A stretch of DNA of 64,000 nt, from the NCBI GenBank assembly GCA_963849325.1, contig CAWKHF010000012.1, positions 1,216,001 through 1,280,000 of the forward strand, given 5' to 3'. This document shows, piece after piece, positions 1 through 13,279 of the stretch. The translations under genes were made by a program, and so were the position numbers. Position 1 is the first letter of the stretch; each line of letters starts with the position of its first letter. Source of the DNA: an uncultured Planctomycetota bacterium (lineage in GTDB: Bacteria > Planctomycetota > Planctomycetia > Gemmatales > Gemmataceae). The notes beneath the pieces are model-generated. The model did no database searches, had not been told where the DNA came from, and saw nothing but the letters and a program-made list of their open reading frames with translations.

Positions 1-689
1 TCGATCTCAAACCCGGCGTGGGCGACCTGGCCGCCCTGCTCGACCTGAGACCGACGCACAACCTGGCCGACCTGTGCCTGAATGCCGCCCGCATGGACCA
101 GGCCATGTTCGAGAGCGCCCTGGTGGCCCACGCCTGCGGCGTCCACCTGCTGGCCCCACCGCAGATGTACGAGGACATTCGCCTGGTCACCGCCCCCGGC
201 GTCACCAAGACGCTCACCCTGGCCCGCGACGCCTTCCGCTTCACCGTGGTGGACCTGGAAGATTGCTATCACGAAGAGCAGGTGGTGGTGCTGCGGCAGG
301 CCGACTTCATCCTGTTGGTGTTCCGCCTGGATTTCACGTCCCTGCGGAGCACCCGGCGAATCCTCGATTACCTCGAACAGGCCGGCATCGGCGGCGAACG
401 CATCCGCCTGGTCATCAACCGCTATGGGCAGGCCAAGGAATTGCCTCTGTCACAGGCGGAGGAGGCGTTGGGTCGCAAGATCACCCACGTCATCCCCGAG
501 GATCCCAAGACCGTCAACGCCGCCAACAACGCCGGCGAGCCGGCCGTGCTCCGCTCGCCCTCGTCCAAGGTGGCCAACAGTCTCGTGCAGCTGGCCGGCA
601 GTCTGATTCGACCCGACGCCGCTAAACCGTCGAGCGTCTTGCAGGCCGTCAAAAGCGTCAATGGCTGGCTGGCCGTCTTTCATGGCTAA
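1..689 (+). CDS. cpaE: Flp/Tad pilus assembly protein CpaE/TadZ-like (MinD/ParA-type ATPase), 5'-truncated by the window edge
   Basis: GDLAALLDL..HNLADL, GVHLLAPP, VVDL, LVINRY and AANNAGEP motifs of CpaE/MinD C-terminal domains; lies directly upstream of cpaF. Confidence 0.8.
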   Translation, partial: DLKPGVGDLAALLDLRPTHNLADLCLNAARMDQAMFESALVAHACGVHLLAPPQMYEDIRLVTAPGVTKTLTLARDAFRFTVVDLEDCYHEEQVVVLRQADFILLVFRLDFTSLRSTRRILDYLEQAGIGGERIRLVINRYGQAKELPLSQAEEALGRKITHVIPEDPKTVNAANNAGEPAVLRSPSSKVANSLVQLAGSLIRPDAAKPSSVLQAVKSVNGWLAVFHG

Positions 690-697
690 CACCGAAG

Positions 698-806
698 TGA
701 AAACGGAAAAGTAAAAAGTGAAAAATGAAAAATGACCGAGACTCGAAGTCGGCGGAGAAGTGGCTTCTCCAATTTTCATTTTTTACTTTTCACTTTTCCG
801 TTTTCA
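698..806. repeat. Inverted repeat made of A-rich heptamers (34-bp arms, 2 mismatches)
   Basis: TGAAAACGGAAAAGTAAAAAGTGAAAAATGAAAA (698-731) versus TTTTCATTTTTTACTTTTCACTTTTCCGTTTTCA (773-806). Confidence 0.9.
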
Positions 807-838
807 ATGGATTTCGGATTTATTGAGGTAGAGATCCA

Positions 839-2212
<1,374 letters not shown>

Positions 2213-2265
2213 ATTGACGATGGAGGATCCCATCCTCGATCATCAATTGTGTTGGAGGATGAGTT

Positions 2266-3259
2266 GTGAGCCTGTCGGTCCTGCTTGTGTTTATGTTTCT
2301 GGCCGCCAGCCTGAGCATCGCGGCCGGCTACTCGATCTGGCGCAGACCTGCACCAGCGCGACGGCTTTCGCACTCGGCAGCGCGTGGAGAGCGAGTTCCA
2401 GAAGGCGGACGAGAAGGCGACGCGCGCCGCCCTGTTCAAGGGCGTCAGCCAACTCGACCTCGACGACATCGGTTCCGAGCGCCGGCCCGCCGCCGATGCG
2501 CCGCTGCCGGAAGGGGAACGCGGCGACTGGCACTCGCGCTTGCAAACGATGCTGGCGCAGTCGGGCCTGTCGCTGACGTTGACGCAGCTGGGCTGGATCT
2601 CGGTAGGAGGAGCGGCGACCGGCGCCGTGCTGGGTTTGATTATCCACGGCTTTTTGCTGTCGGCGTTCGGTCTAGTGAGCCTGGGTCTGGCGCCGCTGCT
2701 CTACGTCCGCCAGCGGCAAAACGCTCGCCGCGAGCGTTTCCTGGTGCAGCTGCCGGCCGCCTTCGACCTGATGGCCCGCGTGCTGCGTTCCGGTCATTCG
2801 GTGCCGCAGGCGTTTCAGTCGGTGGCCGACACCTTCGAGCCGCCCATCGCCGGCGAGTTCGCCCAGTGTCAGGAGCAGCAGAACCTCGGACTGCTGCCGG
2901 AGGTGACCTACCGCGACCTGGCCCGCCGCACCGGCGTGCTGGAGGTCAAAATCTTCGTCATGGCCATGATGATCCAGCGGCAAACCGGCGGCAACCTCTC
3001 GGAAGTGCTGGAGCGCCTGGCCGCCCTCGTCCGCGACCGCGTCCGTCTGCGCAACCACATCCGCACGCTGACCGCCGAGGGCCGCTTACAAGCCGTCGTG
3101 CTGCTGGTGCTGCCGCCCGTCATGTTTCTCGTCATGCGCTTCGTCAACCGGGTCTACGCCGACGTGCTGCTCGAGCATCCCGGCTTGCTGGCCAGTATGA
3201 TCGGCATGATGGGACTTGGGGCCTTGTGGATTCGGCGAATCATCCGCTTCGACTTCTAA
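2266..3259 (+). CDS. tadB: Tad pilus inner-membrane protein TadB (T2SS F family), one frameshift near 2340-2385
   Basis: GGAGG before GTG 2266; N-terminal TM in one frame, then QLPAAFDLMARVLRSGHS and QRQTGGNLSEVLERL..LTAEGRLQA in the 2384 frame. Confidence 0.88.
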
Positions 3260-3267
3260 AAATAATT

Positions 3268-3342
3268 AACCACGGATGAACACAGATGAACACGGATAAA
3301 AGAACAAAAAAAATCTGTGTTTATCTGTGTTCATCTGTGGTT
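3268..3342. repeat. ACCACGGA-family palindromic repeat with a 10-bp tandem unit (CACRGATRAA x3 per arm)
   Basis: AACCACGGATGAACACAGATGAACACGGAT ... ATCTGTGTTTATCTGTGTTCATCTGTGGTT between tadB and tadC. Confidence 0.9.
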
Positions 3343-3362
3343 CATTCTTGGAGGCGATACTC

Positions 3363-4283
3363 ATGCTCGATAAGGGTTGGATCAGCATGCTCGTGTTCCT
3401 GGCCACGAGCGGTGCCATCCTGGCCTTCTTCGTCTGGCGCAACCGCGACATCTGGATCAGCGACCGCATGCGCGATCTGGGCGTGGCCCCACGGGAACGG
3501 CCGGTCAAAAACGGGCTAGGACAGCTGCTCGTCGCTCGGTTGCCGGACCTGGGGACACCGCTTCTGCCGACCAACGAAGAACAGCGCGGCCGACTGCGAC
3601 AGCGGCTTGTCGAGGCCGGCTTCTACGACCGGCACGCCCTGTCGCTGTTGCTGGGCGTGAAGATGATCCTCATGGCGGCACCGCTGGCGCTGTCGGCGGC
3701 GCTGGCCCTGTCCGGCCTGCTGCCGCCGGTCAAGGCCGTCGCCGCCGGCATTTTCGGCATCGGCCTGGGCATGATCGCCCCCGGAATGTGGCTGGATCGC
3801 CTGAAAAGCAAGCGCCAGTCCAACCTGCGCCGCGCCCTGCCCGACGCCCTGGACATGCTCGTCCTCTGCCTCGAAGGCGGTGTCAGCCTGACGGGGGCCA
3901 TGCAGCGCATCACGTCGGAATTGCACTCGGCCCATCCGCTGCTGGGTTCCGAATTGGACCTGGTGCAGCGCGAGATGCTCCTGGGCGTGTCCGTCGGCGA
4001 CGGACTGCAAAAGCTGGCCGGCCGCACCGATCTGGAAGAGTTGCGCAACCTCGCTTCCGTGATCGTCCAGAGCGAACGCTTCGGCACCAGCGTTGTCAAG
4101 GCGTTGCGCATTCACGCCGACACGCTGCGGCAGCAGCGGCAGCAGCGCGCCGAGGAGATGGCCCAGAAGGCGGCGGTCAAGATCCTCTTCCCCACGCTGC
4201 TGTGCATCTTCCCGGCCATTTTTATCGTTATCCTCGGACCGGCCGCCTTCCAGATCCTGGCGATTTTACAGCGTATGAAGTAA
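3363..4283 (+). CDS. tadC: Tad pilus inner-membrane protein TadC
   Basis: LPDALDMLVLCLEGG, QSERFGTSVVKALR, AEEMAQKAAVKILFPTLLCIFPA; GGAGG upstream of ATG 3363. Confidence 0.92.
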   Translation: MLDKGWISMLVFLATSGAILAFFVWRNRDIWISDRMRDLGVAPRERPVKNGLGQLLVARLPDLGTPLLPTNEEQRGRLRQRLVEAGFYDRHALSLLLGVKMILMAAPLALSAALALSGLLPPVKAVAAGIFGIGLGMIAPGMWLDRLKSKRQSNLRRALPDALDMLVLCLEGGVSLTGAMQRITSELHSAHPLLGSELDLVQREMLLGVSVGDGLQKLAGRTDLEELRNLASVIVQSERFGTSVVKALRIHADTLRQQRQQRAEEMAQKAAVKILFPTLLCIFPAIFIVILGPAAFQILAILQRMK

Positions 4284-4335
4284 AAATCGGCCGAGACGAT
4301 GCTTTTTGCGTTCTATACTCGCTGTGGAGGGCGAT

Positions 4336-4399
4336 GGCGAGCGGGGGCGTCAGCCCCCTGTTGCTTCTTCCAACAGGGGGCTGACGCCCCCCGCTCGCC
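4336..4399. repeat. REP-like palindrome, GGCGAGCGG..TCAGCCCCCTGTT family (copy 1)
   Basis: GGCGAGCGGGGGCGTCAGCCCCCTGTTG-loop-CAACAGGGGGCTGACGCCCCCCGCTCGCC; second copy at 34597. Confidence 0.9.
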
Positions 4400-4435
4400 G
4401 TGTGCAGACTGCTCTCGGAAATCCGGGGACTACCT

Positions 4436-6430
4436 GTGGAACGTGCCACCTTCTTCGATCGCTTGCGACAAAATCGCCTCCTGACGGAAGCGGAGCTGGA
4501 CCAGGCGGCGAGCCGGTTCGGCGACACGGCCGCGACGCAAGCCATCGCCGACGGACTCGTCCGCGACGGCGTGCTGACCTCGTTCCAGGTGCGACAGGTC
4601 TACGCCGGCGACACGCAGCCGTTGACGCTGGGGCAGTATCGACTGCTGGACGAACTGGGCCGTGGCGGCATGGGCCGTGTCTACAAGGCCCTGCACACCA
4701 TCATGGGCCGAGTGGTCGCCATCAAGGTCATTTCCCCGGAGCTGGTGCAGAACCCGGTCGCCGTCGAGTGGTTCCGCCGCGAAGTGCGCGCCAGCACTCA
4801 CCTGGTCCATCCCAACATCGTGATGGCCTACGACGCCAACGAGGCGGATGGGCTGCACTTTTTGGTCATGGAGTATGTCCAGGGCGTGACGCTGGACGCC
4901 CTGGTGCGGCAGCACGGCCCGCTGCCGGTGGACAACGCCTGCGCCCTGATGCGTCAGGCGGCCCTGGGCTTGCAACATGCTCACGACAAGGGCATGGTTC
5001 ACCGCGACATCAAGCCGGGCAACCTGCTCATCCCCCGGCCGGACGGCGAACAGCCGCCGGACGTGCTGGTCAAGATCGTGGACTTCGGCCTGGCTCGGCT
5101 GCAAGGCAAGACCCAGGGCGAGACCATCGCCCTGCGCGGCGAGACCGGCGTGCTGGGCACGCCCGATTACATCTCGCCGGAACAGTCGCGCGACATCCAC
5201 TCCGCCGACATCCGCTCCGACCTCTACAGCCTCGGCTGCGCCTTCTATTTCGCCCTGGCCGGCCGGGTGCCGTTCCCGGGCGAGTCGGCGATGGAGAAGC
5301 TGGTCAAGCACCTGACCGAGGAGCCGCAGCCGTTGGAGCGACGTGGGCCCCGACGTGCCGCCGGCCCTGGCCGCCGTCGTGCGTCGCCTGATGGCCAAGG
5401 CCCCCGCCGACCGCTACCAGACGCCCGCCGAGTTGGTGCAGGCGCTGGACGCCTGGCTCGCGGACTGCCCCCGGGGCGTGCCCTCGACCAAGACGTCTTG
5501 CCGCCCCTTGTGGCTGTCACCGCCGACGCAAGCCGCCGTCGGTCCCATCGCTCCATCCGAACCGACGGCGCACACTCGGCTGCTCGATAATGTCGCGTTG
5601 TTCGGAGCGGCTCGGGAGCCGGAGCCGTCCGGCCCGAGCCTGCTCGAACCGCTGTGGAAGCACTCTCCGGACGAGGCGCGCCGCGCGAAACGCACGACAC
5701 GATGGCACTGTCGCGCCCGGAAGACACGGAAGTGGTCACGACCGAGGCGACTGCCCTGGGGAAAGGACCGCCGTCCGCTTCGGCGAGCGATGCCGACCCC
5801 ACCGCCCCGGAGGTGGACGCCTCAGCCAAGTCGCCCTCGGTCCTCGATCCCGCCGAGCAGAAGAAACTCGACCTGGTCCTGTGGCGCCTATGGCGGCGGT
5901 GGACGGGCCTCGTTGGGATCATCGTCAAGGGCTGCGGCCCCTCGGGCGTCAATGGCGACCGTTATCGGACCATCTACAATCTTCTGTTGCAAGCCTGCCG
6001 CACCGCCGTCGACACCGCCCCTACGCCGCAGGGCCGCGCCTTCTATCAAGAGCTGCTCTCGATCGTCCAGCCGTGGCTCAACCTCAAGACGTTCATTCAC
6101 ACCGAAGAGCACATGCTCGAAGCGCTGTGGAAGCGTTGCAAGCAGGCCGAGTTGGAGTTGAACAACGGCAAGGTGCCCTGGACGATCGGACAGGTCATCG
6201 GTCTGATCCTGTTGACCCTGAGTCCCGTTGGCCTGGTGGTGTGGTACGTTCATTATGGCCGCCTCGGCCTGGCGGCCCTAGCGCGGTCGTTCAACTGGGA
6301 TGGCTCCACGACCTCGCTGCGTTCTCTTTGGGCGTTCGTGACGGCACATCCCGCCCTGTTCATCGGGGTCCTCTTCCCCCTCGTCATCATCTTCTCCATC
6401 TACCTGCTGGCGCGCACGCCACGCACTTGA
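4436..6430 (+). CDS. Hanks-type Ser/Thr protein kinase with C-terminal TM segments (frameshifts near 5340 and about 5500-5690)
   Basis: LGRGGMGRVY, VAIKVI, HPNIV, HRDIKPGN, DFGLAR, GTPDYISPEQ, SDLYSLG; continues PDVPPALAAVVRRLMAKAPADRYQT; two hydrophobic helices before stop 6430. Confidence 0.88.
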
Positions 6431-6454
6431 GAGGCACGAACCCAATGTCCTTTT

Positions 6455-6482
6455 GACCACGGATAACACGGATAACACGGAT
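6455..6482 (+). repeat. ACCACGGA-family repeat, single arm (9-bp unit CACGGATAA)
   Basis: GACCACGGATAACACGGATAACACGGAT in the gap between convergent genes. Confidence 0.8.
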
Positions 6483-6521
6483 CAAACACCAGAAGCGTTC
6501 TAGCGGGAAGGGAATCGGACC

Positions 6522-7106
6522 TCAGTGATCGGAGCCGTGCTTCCGCGAGCGCTCGTCGGTATCGTCCAACTCACTGAGGAGATCGCTCAGGTCGCCGCCG
6601 TCGGGCAGACTGAATGTCCTCATCCTCTTCAAGGACGAACACGTCCTCCTCTTCCGCGGCGGGCTGGCCGCGGTTGTCTGCTTCTTTTTCTTGGACGGCG
6701 GAGGGGTCTCCTGCGTGGGCAGCTGCCTCGACGACTGGGACATTGTCGTCGTTCGCTTCCTCCAGGACATCTTCGATCTCGCCCTTCGCCCACTCCAACG
6801 TCTCCGGCGTCCGCTCGTACTCGACGAGGAACGTCACCGGCCCCAGGCTCAGGCGGTCGCCCGGCCGAACCGTCTCGACGGCGCGGATACGCCTGCCGTT
6901 GAGGAACGTCCCGTTGACGCTTTCCAGATCCTCGACGGTGACGACGCCCTTGTCCACGTTGCAGCCGGCAGTGCAGCCGGCTCACGTCGGAAGAGGGGAT
7001 GCGGATCGTGCTGCCGCGAGCGCGGCCCAGCGTCGCTTCCGGTCCGCGCAGTCGCCGCGGTCCAGACTCGTTTGCGTTTCTGCTCCAGGACGAGTCGCAC
7101 TTTCAT
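6522..7106 (-). CDS. FHA-domain protein with acidic C-terminal tail (frameshifted)
   Basis: Reconstructed GRARGSTIRIPSSDVSRLHC and VEDLESVNGTFLNG give the FHA GR/SxxH/NGT signature; ATG 7106 (MKVRLVLE). Confidence 0.82.
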
Positions 7107-7270
7107 TGCCGTGGAGGCTCTCGAGCAGAGGACGGAGGAATGTCCGTTGGTCCCACGGCTGTTCAGGATAGTCGTGTCCGGACGACTGGCCGCAAGTCGC
7201 AAAAAGCGAGGAGGCCCGCGACGCATGGCCGCGGGCCTCCGAAGGGACAGCACAACCCCGATCACTCCGG

Positions 7271-10200
7271 TTAACGGACGCCCGGAATGGTCGGGTTGAC
7301 CACGACAGGAATGTTCTGCACTCCCGTCACGGTGTTGAAGACCGGCGTCATCGACAGGCGGACGTAGCGGCGGTCGGCCGACAGGACGGCCTGCGCGGTC
7401 ACGTCGAGGCTGTTCTGCACGAACGGCTTGACGCGGGTTTGATACAGCATGCGGTCGTTGGGAGTCGGCTCCTCCTTGCCGAGCCGCGATCTGGCTGGGC
7501 AGGACCGGCCGGCCCGACGTGGACATGCCGCCGCTGAAGCCGCGCGACGACGCCGGTCACTTCCGGGTCGGCCAGGACGCGCAGCTGGTGCAACACCTTG
7601 TCGGGACTCTGCGGCGCCGAGGCCGGCGGCTCCGGCGTCTTGCTGCGACTCACGGCGGCGGCACGTAGGCCGTCTCCTTGCGCCGCCCGTCCTCCAGCTT
7701 CACCTTGATCCGCTCGGAGTGATTGCGACTTCACCTCGACCGTGAGCAGTTGCTCCGTCTCGTCCGGCGTGCCCTGGTGGCGGATGATCCGCAGCTGGGC
7801 CTTGTCGCCCAGCGGATGGCCCCAGACCTTTTCGATCTCGACCTGGTACTCGCCGGGGAACGCCTCGGCGGCCAGGTAGGTTTCGCTGGTCATGTCGGCC
7901 AGCGAATCGCCGATCAAGATGCCGCCGCCGATCGTCTGCCGGTTCAAGGGCCAGCAGACGCTGCCGGTCGGCTCGACGACCTTGAGATCGAGGTCGGCGT
8001 CGCCCTGCCAGTTGAGCTTGATGACCAGGTCGCGCTGCCGCTGGCCGGCGATGGCGTTGACCAGGCGCTCGGACTCGTCCTTGCGGCCGTCCTGGTCGAG
8101 GAGTTTGACCAGCGACTCGATCTTCTGCACGGCCCGGTCTTGCAGTTTCTTGTTGTTGACCGGCCAATCGTGGCGGAGCAGGTTGCCGGCCGCCCACTCC
8201 ATGGCCTTGCTGTCGCGGCGCCAGCTCGGCGTAGTTGAGGGCGTCGGCGTAGGCGTGCGGCGTGCCCGGTTCGAGCAGGGCGGCCTGCTGGCAGAAGGCC
8301 AGGGCGAGCGGATATTTCTCGTCCTGGGCCAGCGCCTGCGCCGCCTGCAAATAGCCCTGGGCGTCCTTGGGTTCCAGGTCGGCCGTGGACACCTCGGCGC
8401 GCTCGATGTCTTCGGTCGAGCCGCCGCTCATGCGCAGGGCCAATGGCCAGCGACTTGTACACCCACGGCTCGACCACGATGCCCTGCCGCAGGTTCGCCT
8501 TGAGGAACTCGGCGGCGTGATCGAACTTCTTGTGCAGCACCAGGAAGTCGGCCGTGGCGATGATGAGGCTGGGATTATCGACGCCTTTGACGAGGGCGTC
8601 CTGCCAGACCGTGCGCGGATCGGGCGGCGGTCCCTTCTTCTTGGGATCCTTGTCGTCGGGCCGTTCGTCGCCGCTGGCCGCCGACGCGGACCTTGCGGAT
8701 CGCGGTTGCCCGTCGGCAAGGGCGCCGCCATGCGCCCATGCACCGGGGGCGATGACGAGGTTGCTGGCGCGGTTGTGGATGGTCGAGGTGGCCTTGACCG
8801 CCAGCGCCTGCGCGGGCGGGTAGAAGCCGAGCTGGTTGTTCTCCTGGTTCAGCCCCTCCGCGCGCGTTCGTCGTCGAGCGGGTTGAGGGGCTGGCCGGTG
8901 ATCGGGTCGAACTGGATGGCCCAGTCCTTGGGCTTGCCGACCACCTGGCGGATGAGCGTGATAAGGATCTGGCTCTGGTTGCCGCCCTGGAGACCGAACT
9001 GGCCGCCCAGGTTGCCGAACTGGCCGAGCTGCTGGCCGCCGAAGCCGACGACGCCGCCGCCGACGCCCAGGTTGCCGCGGCCCTGGAAGTTGCCCTGGAA
9101 GCCGCCCTGCTGGCACCGACGCTGGTTGAAGCCCTGACCGCCCAGGCCGGCGATGCCGCCGACGCCGCCCAGGCCGCCGACGGCCGCCGCCGAGACCGCC
9201 AAGACCGCCGAGACCGCCAATGCCGCCCAGGCCGGCAGCGCCGAGGCCGCCGCAGGCCGCCGCCCAGCCCAAGCCGCGCCATGCCGCCGATGCCGGCGAA
9301 ACCGCCCAGGGCGCCGGCGCTCATGCCGAAGATGGTGGCCGACCCTTGCAGCATCTGAGAAGTTGACGGCGTTGGGGATGGGCGTCACCAGGTCGGCGAC
9401 CGGGTAGACGCGCACCGTCTTCTCCGCGCCGGCGAAGGTGCCGGTGGTGATCTCAATCACGTCGCGGCGGATGATGTAGGTCGCTCCCGAAGGCACCGGA
9501 ATGCGGCTCAGGATCCTTGCGCAGCACCGTCGAGAGCGTGGTGTGCATCTCCGGGATCGGGTTGGGCGTCGGCGATCTCCGTCTTGCCCACGTCCATGAT
9601 GTTCTCGAACTTGAACGCCTTCTCGTTGATGTCGAAGGACAGGTTGTAGCGCTTGGCCAGTCTGCTCGAGCGCTTCGTCAGCGTCGTCTTGGGATCGTCC
9701 AGGCCCGGATACTTGACGGGCTTGCGACGAGCAGTTGCTGCAGCTCGATGCCGCGCGCGCGGCATGTCGGAGCCGAAGCTGGTGGATTCGTACTTGGCCT
9801 TGCGCAGTTCGGCCAGCGCCTTCCAGGCGGCCGCCGGCGGGAACTCGACCGGCGGCTCATCCGGGAAGGGGACGTGCGATTTCTCCACCTGGAGCATGGT
9901 CGCCAGCCAGCGCTCTTCGCGGATGCGCCGCAGTTCCTGCATCTTCGCGCAGGTGGTAGCCGGCCAGGCCGATGGCGTAGCCGGCGGTGACCGCCGGCGG
10001 CACCGGCAGACCCTGGTCGATGAGATCCTTGCGGATGTTCTGGGCGTGGAGGTAGGCTTGCTGCTCGCGGGCCTGGTCCATCAGGGTGTGGAAGACGCGC
10101 ATCCGTTCGCGGACGCGGTTCTGTTCGAGCCGCTCCTGGGCGGTCAATGTCGTGCGGGCGTTGGCGGCGGCCAGCAGGTTGAGGGCCTCCGCCTGATCGC

Positions 10201-11916
10201 GCTTGACCACGGCGCCGCGGATGTCGATCGTCTGCACGGCCCGCTCCAGGCGATCGCTCAGGGCCGTCCTTCGCCTTGTTGGTGATGTCGGGATTGGTGC
10301 GGACGCCATCCAGCGTGCGCTTCAGGAACTCGTGGGCCGCGTCGGGATCGGTCTGCACCAGGCGATTGGCTGCTGGATGGCCTCGTTGACGATCGCGCGT
10401 CTGCTCCTGGTCGGCGATCTCCAGGCGAGCCTTGATTTCGTTCTGCCGATTCCGGTCGGCCTCATCGCGGGCCAGCGGGCGGATTGTCTTTGCGGTCCGG
10501 ATCGGCGAACAGCTGCTCGGCCGGCAGTTTGACGACGCGGCCGGTCCCATCGATGCGCGTCACCGTGTCGCCCTTGTGGACGGCGACCATCTTCTTGACG
10601 TCGTCGAGCGTCTTCTTGCCGCTGCGCAGGTCTTCGACCAGCTTCAAGCCCGCCTTGGCTCGCGTCGAGGTCGGGTCGGACTTGACGGCCTGCTCGGAAC
10701 AGGCGCTCGGCGACGTCGAACTTGTTCTTCTCCATCGCCCACTCAGCCTGGGCGACCAGGTCGGCGCGGGCGAACTGGTTGCGCTCGAAGGCGAAGGCCA
10801 GGGCGCGGTCGGCCTGGATCAGGGCCGGCCGATCCTTCTGACCCCTCCACTGCTCGACCATGTTGACGAGGAAGTAATTCTCGACCTCCGGCTGCGGCAC
10901 CTTCTCGGAGACCTGCACGCGACACTGCTTTGCCGGCCACCTTGCCGGTCAGGCTGTAATCGAAGCGTCGCGCCGGTCTTGCCGAGTTTACCGACGACCA
11001 GCGTCGGCACATCGGGACGCAGCGGCGGCAGCTTGGTCGGGAAGGCCTCCGCGACCTCGGCCGGCAGCTTGATTTTGCTGTCGTAGAGGATCGGCTTGAG
11101 CCACGGCGTCGAGGAGATCCTGGCCACCCACTGTTTTTCGTCGGCCAGGATGCCCAGGCGGACGACCTTGCCGCCGGTGCCGTTGGCGAAACCGTGCAGG
11201 TTGTACGGCTGCGGATGCGTGCCCAGCGGCACGCTGTAAAAGGCGATCTGGTTCTTGACCATCTCCTTGACAGCGACACCCGCAGGTCGGCGTCGACCGG
11301 GCCGGCAATGCTCTGGCCGCTGCCCATAAAGAGGATGACGCGCTGACGATCCGCCTTGCCGTTGAAGCTGTCGATGGCCTTCGGCAGCGCCTCCTTGAGG
11401 TTGACGGCCCCCGCCGGATACTCCTCGGCCAGCTTCTTGAAGGCGGCCGACACGTTTCTGGGCCGACTGGAAGCCCTTGGAGACATCCCGGAAGTGCGTG
11501 TTGACGGTCCACACGGCGCAAGCGATCGTCGGGCCCCAGTTTGTCCACGAGCTTCTTGGTGAGCGTCTGGGCCGTCGCCAGGGACCCTGGGCCATGTGCG
11601 CCGCGGTGTCGATGAGGACCAGGTAATCGCGCGGGCGGGCCGGGACCGGGTCCAGCCGGGGCTTGACTTGCAGGGCCATCAAGGTTTCACCCTGCTCGGT
11701 CCGATACAGGACAAGCGGACGATCGGCGAAGCGCGACAGGGACAGCTCCTCGGCGAAGCGCTTGGCGAGGGCGTCGTCGGACTTCTGAAGGCCGGAACTA
11801 TCGTTCAAGTTCTTGGGCCGCTCCCGTCCGGTTTCGCCCCAGAGACGGGTGGAGGCGAGCACGGCAATCAGCGACAGGACGGTCCCGACTGCGACTAGCC
11901 GGCGAACTGCGAACAT
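7271..11916 (-). CDS. Large exported planctomycete protein (~1550 aa): signal peptide, VWA-like, TPR-like, STN-like, Gly-rich region, DUF2135/YfaP-like domain, secretin-like C-terminal strand; many frameshifts
   Basis: MFAVRRLVAVGTVLSLIAVLAS signal; DYLVLIDT; VRVYPVADLVTPI; GGLGG repeats; RDLVIKLNWQGDADLDLKVVEPTG; ends AQAVLSADRRYVRLSMTPVF...PGVR-TAA at 7271. Confidence 0.65.
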
Positions 11917-12388
11917 TGTCCAAACCCCCTGATCTCTCGTTGAAGTGCGCCGCCGCCTCCGTGGGAGGAGACGGCGGATACAGAGCAGCCTCGGAGCGCC
12001 TACGTTTGTCTCGCAACAATGGAATTCTAAAAAGCCCGCGACTTGCGCCGCCAGCAAAAATTCTCGCCGCGCGGCTGGCCGGCAAAAAGCGCCCCGGCAT
12101 CGTCCGCAGAGACGTTCCGGCCCGCGAGACCGTCGCCGTCGCACCCCGCTCCCTTGGAGAGAGACTGTCGGAGCATCAAGAAATAACAAGACTTAGGACG
12201 AACAGAACCAGGGCGTTCGAGCCGTCGCCGACAGGCCGGGGCAGAAAAACCGGCGCGGATGGCGGCACCGGAACAACCGATACGTCTGATTGATTTTTCC
12301 CAACAGTCATGGTATCAGCCGGCCCGCCCGGCGGATAGGCTGCCTTTCGGGCCGAGACCGCCGGCATGGATTGCGGAGAGGAGAGGGC

Positions 12389-13197
12389 ATGAGCGCCTAC
12401 CTGGGGGCGATCTGGGACTGCCGCTTTTTTTGGCTGTCGCTGGTCAAGATGGACCTGCGTTCGCGCTACCGAGGCTCGATTCTCGGCATCGGCTGGTCGT
12501 TGCTGCAATCCCATCGCCATGACGACGATACTCTGTGTCGTCTTCCGTATTTGGCTGAAGATGGATTTGCACTGGTACGCCCCGTTCGTCTTCATCGGCA
12601 TGACCTTCTGGGGCTTCTTCAGCGCCATCACGCTGCAAGGTTGCGGCTGCTTCTTCCAGGGAGAATCGTACATCCGTCAGTTCCCGGCCCCGATGGCGAT
12701 CTACCCGTTGCGTACCGTCCTCGGCGCCGGGCTTTCATTTCTGCATCGGCCTGGTGCTGGCCCTTGTGTTGGCCCTGTGTGTGCGGCCGACCGTTTCGGC
12801 GTCCGTCGCAACCCAGCTGTTCGCCTTGCTGAGCTTCTGCCCAGTTTGGCGCTCCTGCTCCTGTTCGGCTGGAGCGTGGCCATCCTGTTCGGGCTGCTCA
12901 ACGTCCGTTTCCGCGACACGCGCCATCTGGCGGAGGTCGGTTTGCAGGGCTTTTTTACCTGACGCCGATCATGTTCGACTTCAATTCGGAGGACATCAAA
13001 GGGCGTCGCCTGGCTGATGGTGTTTCAGTGCAACCCGCTCGTTCCCTTCCTGGATTTGCTTGCGTCAGCCCATCCTCAACGGACAGGTGCCGAGCCTGAT
13101 GACGTACGCGACCGCCGCCGCGATCGTGCTCCTCCTCGCCGGCGCGGCGATCCTGACGCTGAAAATCGAAGAACGACGGTTGATCTTCTATCTGTGA
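12389..13197 (+). CDS. wzm: Polysaccharide ABC exporter permease Wzm (frameshifted)
   Basis: DLRSRYRGSILGIGWSLLQ, NVRFRDTRHL, LTPIM, NPLVPFLDL; ends ERRLIFYL-TGA. Confidence 0.88.
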
Positions 13198-13279
13198 CAC
13201 GGCGTTTAAGCTCGCGAGCCCGCAGCTTGCGGGGTAGCTTTCCCTCGCACGCTGCGGCTAGGACGGTGGGACATCGTCA

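Noticed and set aside
9040-9330. GCC-rich quasi-repeats
   Set aside because: Explained by Gly-rich coding sequence (GGLGG) in the large minus-strand gene
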